Source: Longimicrobiales bacterium (GTDB lineage: Bacteria > Gemmatimonadota > Gemmatimonadetes > Longimicrobiales > Gaopeijiaceae). From it: a stretch of 64,000 nt of DNA. The notes under the pieces were generated by a model. The model made no database searches. It saw only the letters and a list, made by a program, of their open reading frames with translations, and was not told where the DNA came from. The stretch lies in NCBI GenBank assembly GCA_963664435.2, contig CAXXKM010000001.1, positions 288,001-352,000 of the forward strand, in the 5' to 3' direction. Numbering within the stretch: position 1 is the first letter of the stretch; every line of letters begins with the position of its first letter. The translations under genes were made by a program, and so were the position numbers. Below are positions 20,857 to 28,734 of this stretch, one piece after another.

Positions 20857-22293
20857 TCAGCCCCGCTCGCCACCCTCCCGGGCCGGGGCGTCGGCGCCAC
20901 CCTCCGGGGCCGAGGCGCTGCCACCATCCACCGAATGGGACGCCTCCCCCTGCCGCCGCTTCTCCAGCCGCCGGAAGGTCCCGACCAGTTCGCGGCGCAT
21001 GCGGGCGAAGCGCATTCGCACATCGGGCCGCCCCTGAAGCTTCAGGAACAGGATCGTGTCCTCCTTCACCTCGCGAGCCAGTTCCCACCACACGATGGCC
21101 ACGTACCCGCACAGCGGCGCCACCACGGCCGCGCCGAGGGCGGCGATGGGGCCGCCCGCAGCATACCCCAGGACCACCCAGAGCACCCAGGCCGCGACCA
21201 CGCCGCCGAGGAGACCCGCGAGCTTCAAGGTGGCTCTCACCTCGTAGTCGGGACGCAGACTCCGGACCGCGACCCCGGTCAACTGCGTCACAGGTACCCA
21301 GAACACCGATCCCGACAAGGCGAACGGCAGCCCCAGCAGGAGCAGTGTACCCCGCACGGCGATGTAGCGGGCGACCGGCACGAGGCCGTAGCGGGGCGGC
21401 ACGTCTCCCTCCCCGGCCCCAACCCGCGCAGTCAAAGCGGCGTAGCGTTCCACTTTGCGTCTGAGTTCCCGGTGCTCCTCGGGGGCCTCGCGCCGGATCC
21501 ACTCCAGCCCGGCGGCGAACCGCTGCAGGCGGGGGAAACGGGTGCCCAGCGCCTCCCGCGCCTGCCACGGGACCCAGCGGGACTCGCGCGCGTAGAGCTG
21601 CTCCGCCACCTCCACCAGCGCCCGGTCCTCGTGATGTACGAAGTTGAGGGTGCGGGCGCGGATTCCCGCCTCGATCCGCTCGGTTAGCGCTCTCGCGGCC
21701 GCGACCGGGTCCTCGAGGTAGATGTCCCTGAGGTCGGCGCACTCGAAGGCATGCCCGAAACGCACGGTCACCGCCGTGCGCGCCCGCTCCTTGCGCGAAT
21801 ACGTGATCCCCACCGGCACGATCGAGAGTCCCAACTCCCATCCCGCCTCCGCCTCGGCCTGCAGCGCGATGCGCGCGGCCCCCGTACGGAACTCGACCAG
21901 ATGGGCCTCGGAGTGGCTCCGACCCTCCGGGTAGATCTGGATCGCACCGCCCTCACGGAGCACCCGAGCCGCCGCGCGGAACATGTCCTGGTTGCGGTGC
22001 ATCGCCGCGGGATCGTCCTGGCGACGGTACACGGGGATGCCGCCCAGCACCCTCAGCAACGGCCCGAGCATGAGCCCGTCGAAGAGCGGTGCCCGCGCCA
22101 GCGGGCGGGGCATGCGCTCGCTGCAGAGGAAGATCAGGATAGGGTCCAGGAGGCTGTTGGGGTGATTGGCGGCGACGAGCAGCGGGCCATCGGGGAGGGA
22201 GGGACCGTGGTGGTCCACCCGATAGAACACACCCGCTGCCGTACCCGCCACCCGGGTGATCAGCCTCGCGATGCGGCTCTGTGGCCTCGCCAA
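20857..22293 (-). CDS. Glycerol-phosphate/lysophospholipid acyltransferase family membrane protein
   Basis: ANHPNSLLD (NHxxxxD), YPEGRSH, FRTGAARIAL; C-terminal TM helices; TTG start. Confidence 0.88.
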   Translation of the reverse strand: MARPQSRIARLITRVAGTAAGVFYRVDHHGPSLPDGPLLVAANHPNSLLDPILIFLCSERMPRPLARAPLFDGLMLGPLLRVLGGIPVYRRQDDPAAMHRNQDMFRAAARVLREGGAIQIYPEGRSHSEAHLVEFRTGAARIALQAEAEAGWELGLSIVPVGITYSRKERARTAVTVRFGHAFECADLRDIYLEDPVAAARALTERIEAGIRARTLNFVHHEDRALVEVAEQLYARESRWVPWQAREALGTRFPRLQRFAAGLEWIRREAPEEHRELRRKVERYAALTARVGAGEGDVPPRYGLVPVARYIAVRGTLLLLGLPFALSGSVFWVPVTQLTGVAVRSLRPDYEVRATLKLAGLLGGVVAAWVLWVVLGYAAGGPIAALGAAVVAPLCGYVAIVWWELAREVKEDTILFLKLQGRPDVRMRFARMRRELVGTFRRLEKRRQGEASHSVDGGSASAPEGGADAPAREGGERG

Positions 22294-22495
22294 CCGTGCG
22301 TCCCTCCCGCTTGTTATCCGCCCAACGCCTTATCCTGCCTGCCAACGCCGAACTTCGCACCTGGTTCCGGAGCCGCAAGTGCCTGATCTGTTCGTCAAGC
22401 AACGGTGGACATGCGAACGGCCAACTATCGCCCGCCGAACCGGTGTGACAGATTGGGCCCGGAGCCGCCGATTCACCACCAGGCGAGGAAACGAG

Positions 22496-23587
22496 ATGCG
22501 CGATACTGCTCTTTCACGGCGGAGTTTTCTTCAGGCCGCGACGCTCGCGATCGGCGGGCTGGGCATCGGCGCCTGTCGCCCGCGCGAGCCGGCGCCGGCG
22601 CCCCTGCGCATTCTCATCCTGGGAGGCACCGGCTTCGTCGGCCCCAATCAGGTGCGGACCGCCCTGGCACGGGGGCACGAGGTCACCCTCTTCAACCGGG
22701 GCATCACCAACCCGGACCTGTTCCCCGACCTCGAGACCCTGATCGGCGACCGGGACGGCGACCTGGGCGCGCTGGAAGGGCGCACGTGGGACGTCGTCAT
22801 CGACAACTCCGCCAACATCCCGCGCCGGGTGCGGCTCTCGGCCGAGGCGCTGCGCGGCTCCGTCGGAACGTACCTCTTCGTGTCCTCGACCGGCGTATAC
22901 CTCCCCTACCTCACCACCGACATCCGCGAGGACGCCCCGGTCGACATCATCGACGACCCGGAGACCGAGGTTGTAAACGGCCGCACGTTCGGCGCCCTCA
23001 AGGCGCTCGCGGAGGACGAGGCGCGCAACGCCTTCGCGGACAACCACCTGGTCCTCCGCCCCACCTACATCGTCGGCCCCGGCGACCCGACCGACCGCTA
23101 CACCTGTTGGCCCGTGCGGCTGGCGCGCGGCGGTGAAGTGCTCGCGCCCGGAACGCCCGACGACCCCATGCAGCATGTGGACGTGCGCGACCTCGCCGCC
23201 TTCATGATCAAGGCCGTGGAAGACGACCTGAGGGGCACCTTCAACGTCGTGGGTCCGCGCGAGCCACTCACGATGGGCGCCCTGCTCGACCGGACGCGCA
23301 CGGCGGTTGGCTCCGACGCCACCCTGACCTGGGTCGACGCCGCCTTCCTGGCGGACAACGGCCTGTCGGCCCTGACTTACTGGACCGAGCCGGCGGGCGA
23401 CTACCTGGGCATGATGCGGGTCAACGGCGACAAGGCGTTCGACGCAGGCTTCGCGATGCGCCCGCTCGAGGAAACGGCGCGCGACACGCTGGAGTGGTTC
23501 AACGCCCAGGACCCGGAACGGCAGGAGCTGCGGTCCGGCCTGTCGCCCGAGCGGGAGGCGGAGCTGCTGGCGGCGTTTCGGGGGTAG
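22496..23587 (+). CDS. NAD-dependent epimerase/dehydratase family protein with Tat signal
   Basis: SRRSFL Tat motif and IGAC lipobox; ILGGTGFVG Rossmann motif; LRPTYIVGP, DVRDLA. Confidence 0.85.
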   Translation: MRDTALSRRSFLQAATLAIGGLGIGACRPREPAPAPLRILILGGTGFVGPNQVRTALARGHEVTLFNRGITNPDLFPDLETLIGDRDGDLGALEGRTWDVVIDNSANIPRRVRLSAEALRGSVGTYLFVSSTGVYLPYLTTDIREDAPVDIIDDPETEVVNGRTFGALKALAEDEARNAFADNHLVLRPTYIVGPGDPTDRYTCWPVRLARGGEVLAPGTPDDPMQHVDVRDLAAFMIKAVEDDLRGTFNVVGPREPLTMGALLDRTRTAVGSDATLTWVDAAFLADNGLSALTYWTEPAGDYLGMMRVNGDKAFDAGFAMRPLEETARDTLEWFNAQDPERQELRSGLSPEREAELLAAFRG

Positions 23588-23602
23588 AGGCGGGTGATGA
23601 TA

Positions 23603-24856
23603 CTACTCATCAGGTTCATGTGATACTACGTGACCCGGCATCCTCCGAAACAGCCTCAGCACCGACCAGAACGCCAGCGCGTACATCAGCGCGCCCAGCA
23701 GGAACGGCGCGCCGGGCAGCTCGATCGGCGCGCTCGCGGAGGTAAAGTAGCTGAACAGCCCCGCCGTGAAGACGAGCGGCGCCAGGATGCTGGTCAGGCT
23801 CATGAGGGACTGGATGCCGCCCTGGACCTTGCCCTGGTCCTCCGGAGGGACGGAGCCCGCCACCAGGCTCTGGATGGCGGGGCCGGCGACGCCGCTGATC
23901 GATCCGAACACGATGAACACAAGCAGCATCCAGCCTGCGGTGGCCAACCCGTATCCCAGGAAGGTGAAGACGGCGATGACCAGCCCGTAGAGGACCGCCC
24001 GACGTTCGCCGATCCGCTTGATCACGGGCTGGACCAGCCCACCCTGGACGATCGCCGACATGATCCCCACCAGCGCCAGCGAAAGGCCGTTCGCGCGCTC
24101 ATCCCACCCGAACTTGTGTCCCGTGTAGAGCACCCAGACGGTTTCAAGCCCCCGCTGCGCCAGGATGACGAAAACGAAGGCCGCGGTCAGGCCGGCGACC
24201 AGGGGATAGGTGCGCAGCACATGCAGGCTCCCCACCGGGTTGGCCTTGCGCCAGCGGAAGGCGTCGCGCTTCTCCCGGGGCAACGATTCCGGCAGGACGA
24301 AGAAGCCGTAGAGCCAGTTCACGAGTGCGAGCCCCGCCGAGGCGAAGAACGGCAGGCGCAGGTCGATGCTTCCGAGCAGGCCGCCTATGGCGGGGCCGAA
24401 GATGAAGCCGAGCCCGAACGCCACGCCGATGAGCCCGAAGTTCCTGGCACGGTTCTCCGGCTTCGACACATCGGCGATGTATGCGTTGGCGGTGGTGGCG
24501 TTGGCCCCCATCACGCCGGCGATGAGGCGGCCGGCGAAGAGCCACCCCAGCGTCGGGGCGAAGCCCATGATGAGGTAGTCGATCCCGAGCCCGAAGAGGG
24601 AGATGAGGATCACGGGCCTGCGCCCCACCCGGTCCGACAGCGCTCCCAGCAGGGGCGCGAAGAAGAACTGGGTGACGGCGTAGGTGGCGGCCAGGATGCC
24701 GTACCAGCGACCGGCCAGCGCGGCGCTCCCTCCGGCGAACTCCCTGATCAGCTCCGGGAGGATGGGGATGATGATCCCGATCCCCAGCATGTCGATGAAG
24801 ACCGTGATGAGGATGAAGATCATCGCGGCCTTGCGGGGCTGACCGCCGGCCGTCAC
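23603..24856 (-). CDS. TCR/Tet (DHA1) family MFS efflux transporter
   Basis: GALSDRVGRRPVIL (motif A), GRLIAG, GFIFGPAIGG, LPESL; about 12 TM. Confidence 0.92.
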   Translation of the reverse strand: MTAGGQPRKAAMIFILITVFIDMLGIGIIIPILPELIREFAGGSAALAGRWYGILAATYAVTQFFFAPLLGALSDRVGRRPVILISLFGLGIDYLIMGFAPTLGWLFAGRLIAGVMGANATTANAYIADVSKPENRARNFGLIGVAFGLGFIFGPAIGGLLGSIDLRLPFFASAGLALVNWLYGFFVLPESLPREKRDAFRWRKANPVGSLHVLRTYPLVAGLTAAFVFVILAQRGLETVWVLYTGHKFGWDERANGLSLALVGIMSAIVQGGLVQPVIKRIGERRAVLYGLVIAVFTFLGYGLATAGWMLLVFIVFGSISGVAGPAIQSLVAGSVPPEDQGKVQGGIQSLMSLTSILAPLVFTAGLFSYFTSASAPIELPGAPFLLGALMYALAFWSVLRLFRRMPGHVVSHEPDE

Positions 24857-24910
24857 GGGAAGCGTGCTGTCAAGGGCGTCGGGGACGGGACGCTGTGTTC
24901 GGCTGAACCC

Positions 24911-27262
24911 TCAGCAGGACACGCAGTTGTTGTTGTTCTTCGACCCCAGCCGCTCCAGCAGGGCGATGGTGGACGGGAACGGCTGCACGCGCTGGACCGG
25001 ACCGTTGGCCATGTCGGCGGTGGTCTGGCCGTTGCGGCTCAGCACGGTCACGTCCGCGCCGTGCTCCACGAGCAAGAGGACCAGCTCGTCGTCGCCCCGG
25101 GATGCGGCGTGATGGAGCGCGGTGTAGGCGTTGGCGTCGCGCACGTTGACGTCCGCGCTGGCCTCCTCCACCAGGAACTTCACCGCCGCGAGCCAGTTGT
25201 CGGGCACGTAGCGGTGCGCGTTGCCCGCGAAGGACTGGCCGTAGCCGACGCCGGACGCAGCGTGGATCGCGTAGATGGCAGGTCCGCCGACCGGGACGGG
25301 CGGCACCCCGGAGAGATCTTCGTCGTCATCTCTCCCGTAGCCCTGCTGAGCGGGCTCTTCCTCCGCTTCGTCCGTCTCGCCCTCGGCGTTGGCCAGGACG
25401 GCGCCGGGTGCCTCGCTCTCGATGGCGGCCTCGCCGGCTTCGTCCGCGGCCATCTCGCCGGCTTCCTCCGCAACTGACTCGTCTGCTTCGTCCGCAACCG
25501 TCTCCGGAGCCTTGTCCGCCGCCGACTCCTCGCCTTCGGCCACGGTGGCTTCTTCCTCCGCTGCCTCTTCGGCCGGGACGGCTCCCTCGCCTTCCGCAGC
25601 CTCGGCCACCGTCTCCTCCGCCGGCGTCGGCTCAGGGGGCGGCGGGGGACGGCGCCGGCGGCGCTGGGGCGGCTTCATGGTCGGGATGGCGGGGTCGGCC
25701 CCGTGCTCCATGAGCAGCCGCATCGCGTCGACATCAAGGGCGTAGGCGGCACGCCAGAACGGCGTCGCGCCCTGCAGGTTGATGCCGCTGCCGCGCAGCA
25801 CGCCGAAGGTGTACTCCATGAACCAGAGGTGGGCCTTCAGGCGCACGTTGGGATCCGCCCCGGCTTCCAGCAGGGCTTCCAGCATCTCGAGGTGAGTCGC
25901 GTTCTGCTGCAGATGCTCGGTGGGGTGCGCGTACGACGCCCGGGGCGCCCACTGCCGCTCCAGCACCGCGAAGAGCGGGGTCGTGCCCGCCTCGCTCGCC
26001 AGGTTGGGGTCGGCGCCGCGCTCGAGCAGCGTGAGCGCCAGGTCGAACTGACCGTTCACGGACGCCATGAGGATCGGCGACGTCCGGTCGCCGTCGGAAA
26101 CCCGGTTGACGTCCGCGCCGGCCTCGAGCAGCGCCAGGGTCGCCTCTGCATGGCCCTGCCGGATCGCGTGCAGGAGGGGGGTCAATCCGCCCCAGGCACC
26201 CACCATCTGAGCGTAGGACATCGGACGCGGCTCTTCCTGCTCGTCCTCGTCGGATTCGGCCTCTTCGGCGTCCGCTTCCTCCGATTCGTCGCCGGACTCG
26301 TCGCCTTCGCCGGACTCGTCGCCTTCCTCCGCCTCGCCGGATTGCTCGTCCGGTTCGGCGGCCTCGTCTTCGGCTTCCGGCGCCGCATCGGCCTCGGTCC
26401 CGGATTCTCCGCCCTCCTGTTCCTCCTCCGCCTCGACCTCGCCTTCCTGGTTGGCGAGCGCTCCGCCCCGCCCGTCGTTCGCCGGGTCGGGCACGTCGGG
26501 CCACCTGCGCTGGATCTCGCGCGAGGCTTCGATGGCCGCCTGCACCTGGCTGGGGGTGGGCTGCCAGTCCGGGCCCCCGCCCTCCTTCTCCTTGAAGGCG
26601 GCGATGAACTCGTTCAGGCGGCGCTCGGCGGCGGCATCCGCCCGTTCCTGCTCCGCCACGTCCACCGACCAGGCCGCGAGCGACAGGTCGGCGCCGGCTC
26701 CCAGCAGCACCTCGATGGCTTCGACCCGGTTGTTGGCCGCGGCGAAGATGAGGGGGGTCTGCCCCCACGCGCCCTCGCGGCCGTTCACGTCCGCGCCCGC
26801 TCCCGCCAGCGCGCCGACCACGGCGGGATCGCCCGCGGCAGCCGCCAGGTGCAGGGGCGTTGCGCCCGAATTGGTGGTCGTCGCGTTCGGGTCGCTTCCC
26901 GCCTCGAGAAGCACCTGCACCATGGTCGCGCCCGCGTCCCGGGCGGCCAGGTGGAGCGGGGTGTAGTGCCCGATGCGGGTGCCCGCATCCACCCGGGCGC
27001 CCGCGTACAGCAGCACGTCCGCGAGCTCGGCGTCGTCGTGCTCGGCGGCCCAGTGCAGCGCGGTCATGCCGTCGCCCTGGGGCGCGTTCACGTCCGCGCC
27101 CTCGCGCAGCAGGCGCCGCACCGCCTCCAGATCGCGCCGCGCCGCCGCGTCCGCCACGGGCGCGTCCGACCAGCCGCCGCCCAGAAGCAGCAACGGCAGG
27201 ATCGCCATGCCCAGGAAGCGGGCCCGCACCGGCCGGCCTCCCGAGAACCTCGCCGGCTTCAC
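24911..27262 (-). CDS. Secreted ankyrin-repeat protein with two acidic inserts and C-terminal CVSC
   Basis: GTG overlaps the DUF1552 stop (GTGA); alternative ATG at 27208. Hydrophobic signal; many ankyrin repeats (GMTALHWAA, HYTPLHLAA, GATPLHLAA, GQTPLIFAA). Confidence 0.9.
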   Translation of the reverse strand: MKPARFSGGRPVRARFLGMAILPLLLLGGGWSDAPVADAAARRDLEAVRRLLREGADVNAPQGDGMTALHWAAEHDDAELADVLLYAGARVDAGTRIGHYTPLHLAARDAGATMVQVLLEAGSDPNATTTNSGATPLHLAAAAGDPAVVGALAGAGADVNGREGAWGQTPLIFAAANNRVEAIEVLLGAGADLSLAAWSVDVAEQERADAAAERRLNEFIAAFKEKEGGGPDWQPTPSQVQAAIEASREIQRRWPDVPDPANDGRGGALANQEGEVEAEEEQEGGESGTEADAAPEAEDEAAEPDEQSGEAEEGDESGEGDESGDESEEADAEEAESDEDEQEEPRPMSYAQMVGAWGGLTPLLHAIRQGHAEATLALLEAGADVNRVSDGDRTSPILMASVNGQFDLALTLLERGADPNLASEAGTTPLFAVLERQWAPRASYAHPTEHLQQNATHLEMLEALLEAGADPNVRLKAHLWFMEYTFGVLRGSGINLQGATPFWRAAYALDVDAMRLLMEHGADPAIPTMKPPQRRRRRPPPPPEPTPAEETVAEAAEGEGAVPAEEAAEEEATVAEGEESAADKAPETVADEADESVAEEAGEMAADEAGEAAIESEAPGAVLANAEGETDEAEEEPAQQGYGRDDDEDLSGVPPVPVGGPAIYAIHAASGVGYGQSFAGNAHRYVPDNWLAAVKFLVEEASADVNVRDANAYTALHHAASRGDDELVLLLVEHGADVTVLSRNGQTTADMANGPVQRVQPFPSTIALLERLGSKNNNNCVSC

Positions 27263-28656
27263 GACGTCACCGGCACGGTCAGGGAGAACTCGCCGGTGGC
27301 ATCTCCGAAGGTCTTCACATCCTCGTGCCCGAGCTTGTGCAGGAGCGTCGTGAATACGTTGGCCATGGGCGTTCCGTCCGGGGCCTTCAAGTGCAGGTTG
27401 CCCTCCAGCTGACCGTTTGCCCCGCCCAGGATCGCGAGCGGGCAGCGGCGGTGGTTGTGCAGGTTGGCGTCTCCCATGGGCGAGCCCCAGATCACCATGG
27501 ACCGGTCCAGCAGGCTCATTTCGCCGTCCATCGTCTCCTGCAGCCGTTCCAGCAGGTACGCCAGCTGTCCCGTGCGCCACTGGCAGATCGTGTTGAATTC
27601 GAGGATGGCCTCCTCGTTGCCGCCGTGGTGCGAGGCGGGATGGAAGGCCCGGTCCGATCCGCTCTCGGGGAACCTGCGGTTGGATGCGTCGCGTCCCATC
27701 TTGAGCGCGGTGACCCGCGTTGCATCCGTCTCGAAGGCCAGCACCTGCAGGTCGATGAGGAGACGCATGTGCTCGGCGAAGGAGTCTGGCACGCCCGGGG
27801 GCGCACCGGGCAGCTCGCGCGGGGCCCCGCTGGTGTTGCGCTCCTCCACCCGCTCGATGCGCCGCTCGATCTCGCGCACGCTGTCCAGATAGCGGTCCAC
27901 CCTCTGCAGGTCGACCGCGCCCAGCTGACGCCGCAGATCGGCCACCTCGCCCGCGACCCAGTCCAGGATGCTCCCGTGGGTCCGGCGCCGCCGCGCCCGC
28001 TCGTCGGCGCTCCCGCCTGCCCCGAAGAGCATGTCGAAGGCGGTGCGCGGACTGCGGATCATCGGAAGCGGCACGTCGGGCGATGCCCAGCTGATCGAGT
28101 CCATGTACGAACACGAATAGTTGTAGTCGCAGCCACCCCCCGCGTCCGTGGGCTCGATGGAGAGCTGAAGCGAGGGCAACACCGTGTCCTGCCCGAAGCG
28201 CTGCGCGTGCAGCTGATCGAGCGAGGTTCCGCAGTAGATGTCGGACCCCTGGGTCTGCTTCGGATGCGACTGGGTCAGGAACACCGCGCTGGAGCGGAAG
28301 TGGTCGCCGCCCACCTCCGGCGGCGCGAAGGCCTCCGCCATGCGCACGTCGGTGTTGCTGATGATGGTCATGTAGTCACGCCACGGCTCGAGCCCCTTCA
28401 GCACGTTGACGTCGCTGAGCTCGAAATCCCGCCCCTGGGTCACGGGCGCGAAGAGATGCTGCCTCGCCCCCCACTCGTTGCATCCGGGGACGCCGTGCAC
28501 CTCCTCGATGCAGATCACGCGTGTCGGTTCGCCAGCGGCGCGCCCGCGCGCAACGGCGGCGGGGATCATCGCGTCCAGCAGCGGAAGAGCGAGTGTGGCG
28601 CCCGCCCCGCGCACGAAGGTGCGGCGCGGGAGAGCCTTGCCGGTCAGAAAATGCAT
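27259..28656 (-). CDS. DUF1552 domain protein (Tat-exported)
   Basis: LPRRTFVRGAGATLALPLLDAM; GDHFRS; TSLDQ; LPSLQL; CSYMDSISW; SILD; HPASHH; GSPMGDANLH. Confidence 0.9.
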   Translation of the reverse strand: MHFLTGKALPRRTFVRGAGATLALPLLDAMIPAAVARGRAAGEPTRVICIEEVHGVPGCNEWGARQHLFAPVTQGRDFELSDVNVLKGLEPWRDYMTIISNTDVRMAEAFAPPEVGGDHFRSSAVFLTQSHPKQTQGSDIYCGTSLDQLHAQRFGQDTVLPSLQLSIEPTDAGGGCDYNYSCSYMDSISWASPDVPLPMIRSPRTAFDMLFGAGGSADERARRRRTHGSILDWVAGEVADLRRQLGAVDLQRVDRYLDSVREIERRIERVEERNTSGAPRELPGAPPGVPDSFAEHMRLLIDLQVLAFETDATRVTALKMGRDASNRRFPESGSDRAFHPASHHGGNEEAILEFNTICQWRTGQLAYLLERLQETMDGEMSLLDRSMVIWGSPMGDANLHNHRRCPLAILGGANGQLEGNLHLKAPDGTPMANVFTTLLHKLGHEDVKTFGDATGEFSLTVPVTS

Positions 28657-28734
28657 GCCACGATCCAGGATGAAGGATGACGGACACGAACCCGCCCGGG
28701 CCGTCGACGGTCTACGGCGCGGTGCGCGGGCATA

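Noticed and set aside
23603..24856. tetA resistance gene
   Set aside because: Family-level motifs only; no tetR or mobile context, and the substrate cannot be assigned.
24911..28114. 1067-aa ORF as a single protein
   Set aside because: The first 284 codons overlap DUF1552 in another frame; the plausible start is GTG 27262 or ATG 27208.
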